From a virus: a DNA stretch of 29,371 nucleotides. The DNA lies in IMG/VR virus record IMGVR_UViG_3300026522_000016; one strand, 5' to 3'. Below, piece after piece: positions 5,643-14,871 of the stretch (the stretch's first letter is position 1; each line of letters opens with the position of its first letter). A program made the position numbers and the translations under genes. The notes beneath the pieces were generated by a model. The model worked only from the letters and a program-made list of their open reading frames with translations, ran no database searches and was not told the DNA's origin.

Positions 5643-7829
5643 TCAAATGATTTTTAATGTCAAATTCCCATTTTCACGATTGATAAAAACGAATTTACCG
5701 AGCTGTATCATCGGTGCTTCTCCGCCTAATGAGGCTGTAACATTCCCATCAGCATCTATTATGTCAAAACTATCAGGGTCAATTTCCGCATGAGTTTCGT
5801 CCTTTTTCCCGATAACCGCTCCTGTTGCCTTGAAGCTTGCCACCTCGGTTTCAGCGGTTGATACGTCTTTTATGCTCAGTCCATCCGAACCGATGTCAGT
5901 ACGATATCTTGCCGTATCTGATCGACTGCCCAGTATATGCGTGCCCGCCGCATCGTGCCAGAAAAATTCCTGTTGGTCGTCAATTTTTCCCTGCGCGGCT
6001 TCCGCAGCCGCTTGAGCCACCGCCGCCGCCTCTCCCGCAGAGTTTGCCGATTTTGTGGCATTTACTGCTGCATTTCCAGCTTCGTTTGCACTAGACTGTG
6101 CTTTTGATGCTGCCGTGCCGGCACTGTCTGCCTTGCTCTGGGCTGTGGCCGCTGCCTCGGATGCCTCGTTGGCTTTGGTCTGTGCGGCGCTCGCAGCGTT
6201 TGCCGCCGAGGATGCAGATGCTTTGGCCGCATCGGCTGTTGACTGTGCCGTAGCTGCCGCTTGTGCCGCCGTGTCCGCGCTGGATTGCGCGGAGGATGCG
6301 GCTGCGCTTGCTTCGTTAGCTTTTGTCTGGGCTGTAGCCGCCGCAGTAGATGCTTCGTCGGCTTTGCTCTGCGCCGTCGCCGCAGCTCTTGCGGCGGAAT
6401 CTGCTGCGCGTGAGGCCGCGGTTGCTGTTGATTGTGCCAGCGTTGCTTCTGCACGTGCGTCGTCTGCTGTTGACTGCGCTGTGGCTGTCTCCTCTGCCAG
6501 CTCCATCGCCGACTTTTTCCACGGCGATGTCATTTCGTTTTCTCTCGCGGTTTCGGCGGCGCGTGCGCTTTTTATTGTCGTTATCGCCTCGCCGGCAAAT
6601 TTGACCGTCTGTGTCCCTATCAGTATGATTTTCCCCTGTGTGGCCATCTCTGCCCGTATGCTGCTGTCATCTTCCGCAGATTCTGCAGCGTTCCGCATCC
6701 TGAGCCAGTTTTCATACTCAGCCTCCGACATTATCCGGATAAGATTACCCGCCTGAAGTGACAAGTCCCATTTGCATGACACGGCAGCTCCGATGTATCT
6801 CGTCCCTCTATACTGGCTAAAAATGTCTTCGAGTATATCTTCATCAACAAAGGGATTCGTCCATGACACGGACTGCCCTGCCCCGGTCTCAATCACGTCA
6901 GATGTGAGATTCGTTGTCCGGCTGCGGTTGCACGACATTCCGTCGATCACGATCTCTCCGGACGACTCTTCTCGATAGTCCATGAGTTCCTCTTTCAGCA
7001 GGATTGTATCATCTGTCAAATATAAAGATATCCCGATTTCTCCATTTTCATCCGCATGAGCAAATCCCCCTGCCAGTCCTGCGAAATATCCTATCGCGTC
7101 CCGGTATGAGCAGGAAAAGTCCCACGTGATCGTCTTGTTGTACACGCCGTCAAACGTAAATGGCTCAACCGGAATCCCTGTTTCCTCCTGGCATGCCGCC
7201 CGGAATGAATCAAAGTGATTTTGTACCGTGTCTGTGGCTTTTGCCGGCATATATGTTCCATGAAGGAATATCGTGCTGTCGAAGCACTCCAGCTGCAGCC
7301 CTTCGCTTGTCGATTTCTGACCATATACAAAAAAAGTGCCGACCTTCTTCCATGCATTTTCCGCAGCCTCGTCCGTCGTCACTTCTTCATTTTCCAGACT
7401 TTCACCTTCGACCTGCTCAACGATTTTCCCCCTCAGAGCAGCTTCTTCCGTCTCTGTTTCTGCGAGTTCCTCTTCACTCAGATCTTCTCCTTCTTCTTCC
7501 TCTTCCTCTTCATATGTGTCGCTGTCATTGTCATCAATACTTTCTTCTTCTGATTCGCTTCCGACCAGCGTCTCCAGCTCCCCGATCCGGTCAGTTCCAT
7601 CTCCATCCTCATTCGGAGCAATCCACAGCTCCACTGTGTCCCCGTCGAATGCGCTCTTATATGGATTGATCAGTGTGAGCGTCAGTTTGTCGATGGCCAC
7701 GCTCCCGATTTCCAGCGCGCCGCTGGACACGCTATTCATCAGCGCTACCCCTGTTATTGATGTTTTTCCCGGCTCTGCCTTGTCCATAATCTCAACGCCG
7801 TTTATGATTGTTTTGACATCGTATTTCAT
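5643..7829 (-). CDS. Tail-associated protein (Tal-position) with an acidic insert and a long Ala/Gln/Ser/Thr coiled-coil repeat region
   Basis: 728 aa, the second gene after the tape measure. It carries an E-rich segment and about 10 degenerate 14-aa repeats. Confidence 0.65.
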   Translation of the reverse strand: MKYDVKTIINGVEIMDKAEPGKTSITGVALMNSVSSGALEIGSVAIDKLTLTLINPYKSAFDGDTVELWIAPNEDGDGTDRIGELETLVGSESEEESIDDNDSDTYEEEEEEEGEDLSEEELAETETEEAALRGKIVEQVEGESLENEEVTTDEAAENAWKKVGTFFVYGQKSTSEGLQLECFDSTIFLHGTYMPAKATDTVQNHFDSFRAACQEETGIPVEPFTFDGVYNKTITWDFSCSYRDAIGYFAGLAGGFAHADENGEIGISLYLTDDTILLKEELMDYREESSGEIVIDGMSCNRSRTTNLTSDVIETGAGQSVSWTNPFVDEDILEDIFSQYRGTRYIGAAVSCKWDLSLQAGNLIRIMSEAEYENWLRMRNAAESAEDDSSIRAEMATQGKIILIGTQTVKFAGEAITTIKSARAAETARENEMTSPWKKSAMELAEETATAQSTADDARAEATLAQSTATAASRAADSAARAAATAQSKADEASTAAATAQTKANEASAAASSAQSSADTAAQAAATAQSTADAAKASASSAANAASAAQTKANEASEAAATAQSKADSAGTAASKAQSSANEAGNAAVNATKSANSAGEAAAVAQAAAEAAQGKIDDQQEFFWHDAAGTHILGSRSDTARYRTDIGSDGLSIKDVSTAETEVASFKATGAVIGKKDETHAEIDPDSFDIIDADGNVTASLGGEAPMIQLGKFVFINRENGNLTLKII
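5995..6490 (-). repeat. Degenerate ~42-bp (14-aa, two-heptad) tandem repeats inside the Tal gene
   Basis: Units such as AATAQSKADEASTA / AATAQTKANEASAA / AATAQSKADSAGTA recur about 10 times. Coordinates are approximate. Confidence 0.7.
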
Positions 7830-8702
7830 TTATACCTCCATCAGCGAAACGCTGATTTCCTTGAATAATCCGTTCGGATATTTCACAATGCCCCTCTCGT
7901 TGCTCGCGAAAAAAGTCCCGTTCTTCGGCTTTCCTGTCGCCGGATCTAGGTATTGCACCGTTATATAGTTGTACTCGCCTTTCGTGTTTTTCGACGGATT
8001 CAGAATCTGGAGGATTGCCTCTCCTTCTTCCGCCGTCACTCCGGCCCACTTCAGCGTCAGCGTGACCACGTTCGCTCTGACATTGCTCAGTACATATGAT
8101 CCTGAGTTGTCTCGACCATCTGAGTTATTTGCACTCGACTCAAAATTTCTCCGCACATCCGAGTATGTCAGCGAACACTCGCACGGATGAGGAAGGTGGC
8201 TCGGTGCGTTTGCACGATTTCCCGATCCGTCAAAATAGTGATCCGCGAAAAAGAAAATTGCTTCACTGTCAACATATGTCGAATACTCTTTGTCCACGAC
8301 CGCCTTATCTTCATACTGCAGTCTGTACTGATACGGCTTTTTCGTCGTATATGTGCTACGCTTCATTTTCTTTTTCTTTTTCAGCGCCGATGTTTTTGAG
8401 TATATCGTGTATCCTCTTACCTGATATCGTACGCGGCACGTCCTTTCTACCCCATCGATCGTCCGCTGTGCGGTGGCTGGTATGCTCGTGTCGCACACCG
8501 TCACGCCACCCGCCTTGAATTCCGATGCACTGCCCGGTTTATCCTTAGCGCTCTTGCTGTACTTTACCGATTTTGTCTTTGACGCCACCGGCTTTTTCAG
8601 TTTCGTCCATGGTCCATAGGACCCCCAAGTGAATGTTGTGGAGCCGCCTTTTCGGATTTCGAGGATCTTGGACGTTCCCATATAAAAAAGCTGTGCTTCC
8701 AT
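7830..8702 (-). CDS. Distal tail protein (Dit-position), called by synteny
   Basis: 290-aa ORF directly after the tape measure and abutting Tal. It contains an unusual Lys-rich insert (KKKKKMKRSTYTTKK). Confidence 0.5.
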   Translation of the reverse strand: MEAQLFYMGTSKILEIRKGGSTTFTWGSYGPWTKLKKPVASKTKSVKYSKSAKDKPGSASEFKAGGVTVCDTSIPATAQRTIDGVERTCRVRYQVRGYTIYSKTSALKKKKKMKRSTYTTKKPYQYRLQYEDKAVVDKEYSTYVDSEAIFFFADHYFDGSGNRANAPSHLPHPCECSLTYSDVRRNFESSANNSDGRDNSGSYVLSNVRANVVTLTLKWAGVTAEEGEAILQILNPSKNTKGEYNYITVQYLDPATGKPKNGTFFASNERGIVKYPNGLFKEISVSLMEV

Positions 8703-8710
8703 GTTTCCTC

Positions 8711-10741
8711 CTATACTTTCAGCGGGTTTGTGCCGAACACGATCGTCTGATCGTTGACATACTCGATCGTGTTTTCTGCGATTTTAGTTCCGTCAAGATT
8801 CATGATGACTGTGAGCGTGCCCCCTCCGGAGCCTGTCTGCATTGCCTTTGCGATATTATCCATCTTACGCCAGAACTCTGTCAGCGGAATGATTCCCTCC
8901 GGGCCTGCTTCTCCTGCGCCCTGCAGGATGGTCGGGCTGTCCACGATTCCGCCTTCCGCGTTCCAGTGCACGGCGAATTTCGGCAGCGAACCCTTACCGG
9001 CGATGCCAAACGGAGGTTTTCCTCCGGACACGCTTATATGCGGCAGTCTGATTCCGCTCATGATTTTTCCGATGTGCAGCGGGAAGAATCCTTTGATTCT
9101 TCTCACGATTCCACCTACGGCGTTTCTTGCGGCCGTGAGCGGCGATGTAATCGCGCTTTTTACCGCATCGAACGGCCCTTTTACCTTTGCGGCCAGACCC
9201 GCGAAATTCACCACAGACTTGATTTTTGATATGGCAGCGCCCACAAGTCCTCTTGCAATCCTAAATGGCGCTGTAATCAAATTTCCGACGCCTGCAAGGC
9301 TGGACTTGATCACCTGCGGAATCGCTTTGATTCCGTTCCATGCAGCTGTTTTCAGTTTTGCCATGATGGCCTTCATCAACTCCGGAAGCTTGCCTGCCAT
9401 CGCCTTTAATCCCGCCCCTGCTTTTGTGATCAGCGTCTTGCCAAGGTTCATCCAATTCACCGCGGCCCATACGTCGAAAATTGTCTTTGCAATTTTAGGG
9501 AAGTTCTTGATCAGAACCGGGATTGATTTAATCACGCCTTTGGCCAGCGCGATGATGATCTGCGCTCCGGCTTTAAGGATAATCGGCAGATTGTCGTTAA
9601 TTGTGTTCGCCAGGTTGTCAATTATCTCCGGGGCCATTGCAGCGAACTTCGGCATTGCTTCCGAGATTCCGTTAGCAAGATTCACCAGCATCTGCGCCCC
9701 GGATTTGATGATTCCGCCGGACTTTTCCCGGATGAGCCTTGACAGGTCCAGTGCGCCCTTCAGCGCTTCGATGATCACGCCTCCGCTTCCCTTCATGCCC
9801 TGCGCCAGTGAATCGAGCATCTGCTTTCCGGAATCCAAAAACATGGGAACGCCCTGCTTGATGAACGTTCCCATGGCCGCCGGAAGCGACTGAAAAATTC
9901 TGCCTATCGCCGGCATAAGATTTTTGAATAAAAATGTGCTGGTCGTGGTTACCAGCCCCTGCATCGCCGGACCCACATCCTTTCCCAGCGTCAGATTTCC
10001 CATGAAGTTCGTCGCTGCCGCTTTCATCGCGTTGAACGACCCGGACAGTGTTGTCTGTGCTTCTTTCGCAGATGTACCTGTCAATCCCATCTGCTTCTGG
10101 ATCACGTGGATCGCTTCATATACGTCCGCCAAGTTGCTTATATCGTACTTCTTCCCCGTCAGTTTTCCGGCGTCCTGAAGCAATCTTTGCATTTCGGTCT
10201 TCGTTCCGCCATATCCAAGTTTCAGGTTGTCCAGCATCGTGTAGTTCTGTTTAGCAAACCCCTGATAGGCATTCTGGATATCTCCGATGTTCGTTCCCAT
10301 TTTATTTGCATTGTCTGACATATCCGAGATCGCGATATCCGCAACTTTTGCCGCCTTTGCCGTGTTTCCATTCAACGACTGGAGCAGCGACGCCGAGAAG
10401 GACGTCGTCTGTTCCATATAATCGTTCGCGGAAATCTGAAGCGTCTTATATGCATTCTTCGCATTCTGCTTCACGATTTGCGCATCCTTCTTGCCGAATA
10501 TCGTCTCAATACCTCCGATGGACTGCTCCAGCTTCGCGCCCTCCTGAATGCTCTTTGTGATTGCCGCTCCGATTCCTGCGGCTGCGACCGCGCCCTTGAA
10601 CGCTGCGGAAAACTTGCCGCCGAATCCGCTTTTCCCACCTATGGCCGGAGCGTCCCCGTTGAGCTCACTAGTCAGCTTGCTTTTCAGGCCTCTTGTTGTC
10701 GGCAGAATCTGCACATATGCTTGTGCTAAAGTCGTTGCCAT
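8711..10741 (-). CDS. Tail tape measure protein
   Basis: 676 aa, Gly/Ala/Lys-rich and helical. It lies immediately downstream of the G/GT chaperone pair. The N-terminus (MATTLAQAYVQILPTT) is typical of TMPs. Confidence 0.85.
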   Translation of the reverse strand: MATTLAQAYVQILPTTRGLKSKLTSELNGDAPAIGGKSGFGGKFSAAFKGAVAAAGIGAAITKSIQEGAKLEQSIGGIETIFGKKDAQIVKQNAKNAYKTLQISANDYMEQTTSFSASLLQSLNGNTAKAAKVADIAISDMSDNANKMGTNIGDIQNAYQGFAKQNYTMLDNLKLGYGGTKTEMQRLLQDAGKLTGKKYDISNLADVYEAIHVIQKQMGLTGTSAKEAQTTLSGSFNAMKAAATNFMGNLTLGKDVGPAMQGLVTTTSTFLFKNLMPAIGRIFQSLPAAMGTFIKQGVPMFLDSGKQMLDSLAQGMKGSGGVIIEALKGALDLSRLIREKSGGIIKSGAQMLVNLANGISEAMPKFAAMAPEIIDNLANTINDNLPIILKAGAQIIIALAKGVIKSIPVLIKNFPKIAKTIFDVWAAVNWMNLGKTLITKAGAGLKAMAGKLPELMKAIMAKLKTAAWNGIKAIPQVIKSSLAGVGNLITAPFRIARGLVGAAISKIKSVVNFAGLAAKVKGPFDAVKSAITSPLTAARNAVGGIVRRIKGFFPLHIGKIMSGIRLPHISVSGGKPPFGIAGKGSLPKFAVHWNAEGGIVDSPTILQGAGEAGPEGIIPLTEFWRKMDNIAKAMQTGSGGGTLTVIMNLDGTKIAENTIEYVNDQTIVFGTNPLKV

Positions 10742-11112
10742 GTTTTTTCTCCGTATCGATATTCCATGAATTCTTCGACCGTGTCGAATGCCATCACCGG
10801 CTTCGCCTCTTCAGGTGGCGTCTGATTCATCAGCATCCCTGCGATCGAATCTCGTCTATCCGATCCGGTCAGCACAGTGAGAACTTCGTCGATCCTGTCC
10901 GCGATTACCGCCAGCAGAATGTCTGTTTTTCCGGCTAACCGGTTTTCATACTTTTCCCTTAGTCGCGCATCGTCCCTCAGTCCGGAAACCAGTGCGGCCA
11001 CCGTGCGCTTCGGCAGCCGCCTGTAATCGTAAATTCCGTATGTCTCTGCCAGATCGCAGATCAGCAGATCCTCATCATCACGAATTATTCCGCAGAGGGC
11101 TGTGAGTTTTTT
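10726..11112 (-). CDS. -1 frame extension of the tail assembly chaperone (gpGT-like fusion product: 11375 to 11106, slip, then on to 10726)
   Basis: The -1 frame is open without stops from the slip site (35 codons) into the listed ORF 10726-11001. It ends inside the TMP start region. Confidence 0.7.
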   Translation of the reverse strand, partial: KKLTALCGIIRDDEDLLICDLAETYGIYDYRRLPKRTVAALVSGLRDDARLREKYENRLAGKTDILLAVIADRIDEVLTVLTGSDRRDSIAGMLMNQTPPEEAKPVMAFDTVEEFMEYRYGEKTWQRL

Positions 11113-11375
11113 AATTCACCGTTGTTCAGCTCAAAGATTTCCTTCAGCGTCTCCGCCATCGCGGTCGTGGAAATTCTTCCGTTTTTCCCGCGCATGTATT
11201 CTTTGAGGCGGTTGTACTGCTTCACTCCGAGCAGTCTTTTGTATATGGCGATAAATTTCCCGATGTTTGAATCGTCCTCCTCAATTACCGCCATGTCCTC
11301 AAATATCTCGAAGTCGTCCAGCGCCTCATCGCTGATTTTGACGGCGAATCCGTTTTTCAGTTTCCCTTTAATCAT
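11085..11375 (-). CDS. Tail assembly chaperone (gpG-like)
   Basis: 96-aa acidic protein between the major tail protein and the TMP. It carries the slippery site near its 3' end. Confidence 0.75.
   Translation of the reverse strand: MIKGKLKNGFAVKISDEALDDFEIFEDMAVIEEDDSNIGKFIAIYKRLLGVKQYNRLKEYMRGKNGRISTTAMAETLKEIFELNNGELKNSQPSAE
11106..11112 (-). promoter_or_regulatory. Programmed -1 ribosomal frameshift heptamer A_AAA_AAC
   Basis: The zero frame reads TTA AAA AAC (L K N), seven sense codons (24 nt) before the chaperone stop. This is a canonical X_XXY_YYZ arrangement. Confidence 0.7.
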
Positions 11376-11385
11376 CGCCTGTCAC

Positions 11386-11967
11386 CTACGCATTCAGAGC
11401 CGCATCGGCCTTTTCTTTGTCCATCAGATACTCATAGTGGGTATTTCCTGATTCATCCGGATACGCGGTAATTGTGCTTTCGAACAGCACCGCCTCCCCG
11501 GACTTGTATGAGATTTCTCCAATCTCGGTGATTTTTCCTCTTGGAATCACAATTCTTTTGGGGTCCCCGTCCGTGGTGACCATGTCAATCACCCAGGCAT
11601 ATGTTTCAAGCTCCTTGGCGTTAACCTTCACTGTGATTCCTGTGTCAAGGGTCCCGCTGACGTTTTCGCTGTGGTAAATCGCCTGCAACACCTCCAGCTT
11701 CTTCGAGTCCATAAAGGACATCTTGAATGTGTCCTTCTTCTCCGTCTGCGGGGAAAGCACTGTGTTTCCTTCCCAGTCTTTAATATCTTCAACAGTTCGT
11801 GAGTTCTCGTTCGTCACTCCGTCCTCGTTGATCGTTCCCATGGACTTGAACGCCGGTTCCAGCGCCGCATATGCATTCACCGGAAGCGTCGTTCCAATCG
11901 CAGCTCTCGACACGGCTCCGCCTACTTTCGGTTTTCCGGTCGTTACAAAATTTTTCGTATCTGCCAT
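11386..11967 (-). CDS. Major tail protein
   Basis: 193 aa. Its position upstream of the chaperones and its N-terminus (MADTKNFVTTGKPKVGGAV) are typical of phi13/TP901-type major tail proteins. Confidence 0.75.
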   Translation of the reverse strand: MADTKNFVTTGKPKVGGAVSRAAIGTTLPVNAYAALEPAFKSMGTINEDGVTNENSRTVEDIKDWEGNTVLSPQTEKKDTFKMSFMDSKKLEVLQAIYHSENVSGTLDTGITVKVNAKELETYAWVIDMVTTDGDPKRIVIPRGKITEIGEISYKSGEAVLFESTITAYPDESGNTHYEYLMDKEKADAALNA

Positions 11968-11983
11968 TTTTCCCTCCTGTTAT

Positions 11984-12319
11984 TTAACAAAATTTGATAT
12001 CAAATATCGCCTGATAGCGATAGTGTCCGGTGCTGTCATCGGTGAAGTTGTAGTCCGTGTTCCGCTGAACGTCACAGATCACATCCTCTTCAATAAGGTG
12101 CTTCATCGCGGCCTTAACCTCTTCATTCAGCTCTGCGGCCTCCATAAGGTTCTTCCCGTGTGACTGGATGGCGATCTGCGCACTCTGGATGCCGTTTGAC
12201 TCTCCGGATCCCGTCTTTTCCATAACCACGAACTTCCGGATGTTTTCCTCCGGGTATTCCATCAATACCGGTACGGACAACTTTTTTTCCAGGTATCTGA
12301 GTAAAATAAGCTCGATCAT
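11984..12319 (-). CDS. Tail completion/terminator protein (neck module, DUF3168-like)
   Basis: 111 aa, immediately upstream of the major tail protein, with a 4-nt overlap to the preceding gene. Confidence 0.5.
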   Translation of the reverse strand: MIELILLRYLEKKLSVPVLMEYPEENIRKFVVMEKTGSGESNGIQSAQIAIQSHGKNLMEAAELNEEVKAAMKHLIEEDVICDVQRNTDYNFTDDSTGHYRYQAIFDIKFC

Positions 12320-12576
12320 TTCCCTCCACCTTTCGCCGATTGCAGCGCCTTCACAAGCGTGTTGTGTTTTAAGTTTGAGTAGTGTCCTTCTACATCATCC
12401 GGCCGGACCGCTGCTCCTGATCGTTTCGGATAATTCCTTTTCTCCGCAACAAAGTGTTCTCCGGCGGCGCGCTGGACCTGCTGCGCATACTCCATACATA
12501 TCCCCTGCGCTTCCGCGCTTTTCAGAAGCTCCCGCACTCCTGCGCTGTTCAGCCTGATCTTGACGTTACTGCTCAT
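12316..12576 (-). CDS. Small neck/head-tail joining protein (HK97 gp10-like position)
   Basis: 86-aa ORF in the neck module. Called by synteny only. Confidence 0.45.
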   Translation of the reverse strand: MSSNVKIRLNSAGVRELLKSAEAQGICMEYAQQVQRAAGEHFVAEKRNYPKRSGAAVRPDDVEGHYSNLKHNTLVKALQSAKGGGK

Positions 12577-12901
12577 AAGCTTCCACCTTCACCTTCTTGT
12601 TCCAGCTCAGTGGGATCATTTCCTCGATTCCCTGCACAGGCTCTCCGATCGTTTTGAAGGTCTTCCCGAAGAATTTCACTTCCGTGTCAGTCCACATATG
12701 CGCATCTCCTTTTGGGATCGCTAGCGTATACGCCAAATGTTTCCCCGTAAGATTCAGCGTGTTTGTCACGTCCTCAGTTGACGGCTCGCCAACGAGTACA
12801 TTTTCCACCTTCACCCATGATTCGTCGTATGTCGCGCGGTTAAATCCGTCCTTCCCCGTCTTTTCCCGCACCTTCAGTTCCACTGTGATTCCTTCGATCA
12901 T
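12566..12901 (-). CDS. Head closure / head-tail adaptor protein
   Basis: Start chosen at Met 12901 (ATGA overlap with the upstream stop), giving 111 aa (MIEGITVELKV...). The longer ORF-track version (to 13117) would overlap the connector gene out of frame. Confidence 0.6.
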   Translation of the reverse strand: MIEGITVELKVREKTGKDGFNRATYDESWVKVENVLVGEPSTEDVTNTLNLTGKHLAYTLAIPKGDAHMWTDTEVKFFGKTFKTIGEPVQGIEEMIPLSWNKKVKVEAYEQ

Positions 12902-13272
12902 TTTTCGACCATCTCCTCCACCGGGCTGTAAGATCCTATCCTGTTTCCGTATCCGAGCATCTGCTTTTCCAGACGTGCGAGATAAAGTTCTCCGCTCGAT
13001 CCGTTTGAGATCGTCCAGGACTGCGTATATCCGAGCGCCGACGCCGACCCCTGAGTCGCTCCCATCGGGAAAGAGACGTTCCCGCCGTCTCCAATCGCGC
13101 GCCTCACCATACGGCACGAGACGACCTTTTTCTTGTCCGCCGGCGCATCGGCCGCGAAGGCATCGATGATCACGGCTGCTTCCTCCAGAAGGGCCTCGCT
13201 CTTCGTTCGTTCCTCTTCATTCATCTGACGGAATCCGTCCTGCACATCGTCTGCCGTCGCGTACATACTCAT
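12898..13272 (-). CDS. Head-tail connector protein (gp6-like)
   Basis: 124 aa. The N-terminal YATADDVQDGF...EALLEEAAVIIDAF pattern is typical of gp6-like connectors. Confidence 0.65.
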   Translation of the reverse strand: MSMYATADDVQDGFRQMNEEERTKSEALLEEAAVIIDAFAADAPADKKKVVSCRMVRRAIGDGGNVSFPMGATQGSASALGYTQSWTISNGSSGELYLARLEKQMLGYGNRIGSYSPVEEMVEK

Positions 13273-13442
13273 TTTTTCTCCTGTTTCTCCTCTTTTTGTG
13301 CGTCATCTTCCTGCTCCGGCATGTCCTTTTCCGGAGTCTCCGCACCTTCGGCCAGCTTGTGGCCGGCCTTCAGGTACTCATCCTTCCGCGAATCCTCAAC
13401 CCACATAAGGTTGCCCATGTCGCGATTAATGAACTTAATCAT
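13269..13442 (-). CDS. Small hypothetical protein (57 aa), not in the ORF track
   Basis: ATG at 13442 lies 3 nt after the capsid stop, with GAAGG upstream. Translation is MIKFINRDMGNLMWVEDSRKDEYLKAGHKLAEGAETPEKDMPEQEDDAQKEEKQEKK. Its stop overlaps the next start (ATGA). It fills an otherwise empty 170-nt gap. Confidence 0.5.
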   Translation of the reverse strand: MIKFINRDMGNLMWVEDSRKDEYLKAGHKLAEGAETPEKDMPEQEDDAQKEEKQEKK

Positions 13443-13445
13443 CGG

Positions 13446-14297
13446 TTACGCCTTCGTCAGTCTGTTGAACACGTTGAGTTCTGCACGGAATCCGACTTCA
13501 ATCTCCGCTCTTACGGCGAACATGTTCTGCTGCCAGAGATTGATCGTCTCTGATCCGGCGGTCACGGTGGCCTGATCTGTCACCGCCACCTTCACGCCTT
13601 CCACAGTTCCATACATCGCCTGTGTCCAATCACCCGCGAATCCTACGGTTGCCGGAGTTCCCGCCACATAAGCTCCCTTGGACTGCTTCGTCGGCACTCC
13701 GAGTACCATCGGGATTGCTCCCTCTGCTGCGGAATTGATGAAAAGCGGCCGCTTGTTTCCGTCTACTGCAGACAGAAGCACGGCCTTTCCTGCCGGTGCA
13801 AGGACAATTCCGTTGGTGATGCCGTCATGATCAGCAATGTCCGCGTCTGCGGCCACCAGTCCTTTGTACGCATCAGTTCCGATTTCCTGCGCGGTGCAGT
13901 TTTTCAGCGTGTCGAAGTTCTCGCCCGGAACGTCGGTTGCTCCGAAAACGGTCGCATCGAACTCTTTCCCCAGTGCCAGCGGAAGGCGCGCCACCAGTGC
14001 GTCATACAGTGCCTTCAGGTCACGCTGGAATTCGTTGGAGAAGGTTTCGATTACAGCAAGCTTATATGCCTGCATTTCTTTCTTTGAGACCGTCGGGTTA
14101 CTTACGGGCTTCTTCTCCGTCTCAGCGACCCACTTCGCCTTCGGGTCTCCGGTGATCACCGGGATCACCACTCCACGTCCCGGCAACGTGATCTGGCGCG
14201 CCAGCTGCATTACCGCCGACTGCTCCTGCGTTTTCTGCAAAATTTCCGCGCTTACCTCTGCCGGAAGTGCAATTGTTTTTCTGTTTACGTCTGCCAT
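13446..14297 (-). CDS. Major capsid protein, HK97 fold
   Basis: 283 aa. Its sequence pattern (LPAEVSAEILQKTQEQSAVMQLAR...IPVITGDP) and its position after the scaffold gene support the call. Confidence 0.85.
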   Translation of the reverse strand: MADVNRKTIALPAEVSAEILQKTQEQSAVMQLARQITLPGRGVVIPVITGDPKAKWVAETEKKPVSNPTVSKKEMQAYKLAVIETFSNEFQRDLKALYDALVARLPLALGKEFDATVFGATDVPGENFDTLKNCTAQEIGTDAYKGLVAADADIADHDGITNGIVLAPAGKAVLLSAVDGNKRPLFINSAAEGAIPMVLGVPTKQSKGAYVAGTPATVGFAGDWTQAMYGTVEGVKVAVTDQATVTAGSETINLWQQNMFAVRAEIEVGFRAELNVFNRLTKA

Positions 14298-14309
14298 TTT
14301 TTCCTCCTG

Positions 14310-14795
14310 TTATTTTCTCATCGTTTCATCGAACCATGTGGCGAACTGGTCACGGGTTTTCCCTGCCGGCGGCTTGTTCGGCTCTCCACCGTCCGGAACG
14401 TTTGGGTATGACGGGCCTGCAAATTTTTTTATCGCATCTGCCTGCGCCTTACATGTCTCCTCGTCATTTCCGTTAAGCAGCTCCGCCGGAACTCCCGTTT
14501 CCTTCGCCACTTTATTTCTGATTTCGGTGATCGTTTTCTCGGCCTTCAGCTTGTTCAACTCCTTCTCAAGAGAAGACGCCTTCTCCTGTGCTTTCTGAAG
14601 CTCCGTTTTCTTCGCGTCTTCCTCTTCGTCAAACTTTGCAGCCTTTTTCTTCATTTCATCGTAATCAGCGTATTTTTCCCTTTCTCTCGCCAGGCGTTCG
14701 CCAATAATTGCGTCCATCTCGCCCTGAGTGAAGGTCTTTTCCGGCGCTCCGCCGTTTGGTTCCTGGCCTCCGCCAGTGGTTGGTTTGTTTTCCAT
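14310..14795 (-). CDS. Capsid scaffolding protein (DUF4355-like)
   Basis: Start chosen at 14795 (SD GAAGGAGG). The protein is charged and coiled-coil, and contains FTQGEMDAIIGERLAREREKY, typical of DUF4355 scaffolds. Confidence 0.7.
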   Translation of the reverse strand: MENKPTTGGGQEPNGGAPEKTFTQGEMDAIIGERLAREREKYADYDEMKKKAAKFDEEEDAKKTELQKAQEKASSLEKELNKLKAEKTITEIRNKVAKETGVPAELLNGNDEETCKAQADAIKKFAGPSYPNVPDGGEPNKPPAGKTRDQFATWFDETMRK

Positions 14796-14871
14796 GTTTC
14801 CTCCTTCGAGTGTTTCCTCGTTTAAGGCACGAGTTGCCAATAAAAAAGACGACCCTGATTGATCGCCTTCG

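Noticed and set aside
6055-6756. 233-aa Ala-rich + strand ORF, plus the 130-aa minus-strand ORF 6062-6454
   Set aside because: Both are alternative-frame or antisense readings of the GC-rich Ala/Gln repeat region of the Tal gene. Repeats keep several frames open by composition alone.
4094-7829. Diversity-generating retroelement acting on the tail fibre
   Set aside because: There is no reverse transcriptase ORF, and no template/variable repeat pair with adenine-specific differences is visible in the window.
8754-9893. 379-aa + strand ORF antisense to the tape measure gene. Similar cases are 13837-14598, 15126-15800, 15843-16424, 17267-18040, 18726-19535, 20128-21069 and 24848-25933.
   Set aside because: These are shadow ORFs opposite well-supported structural, replication or early genes. 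Their translations are Ser/Pro/Arg/Phe-rich and non-protein-like, and they have no ribosome-binding sites.
14796-14871. A terminator between the zinc-ribbon gene and the scaffold gene
   Set aside because: A T6 run is present on the minus strand, but I could not find a convincing GC-rich stem preceding it.
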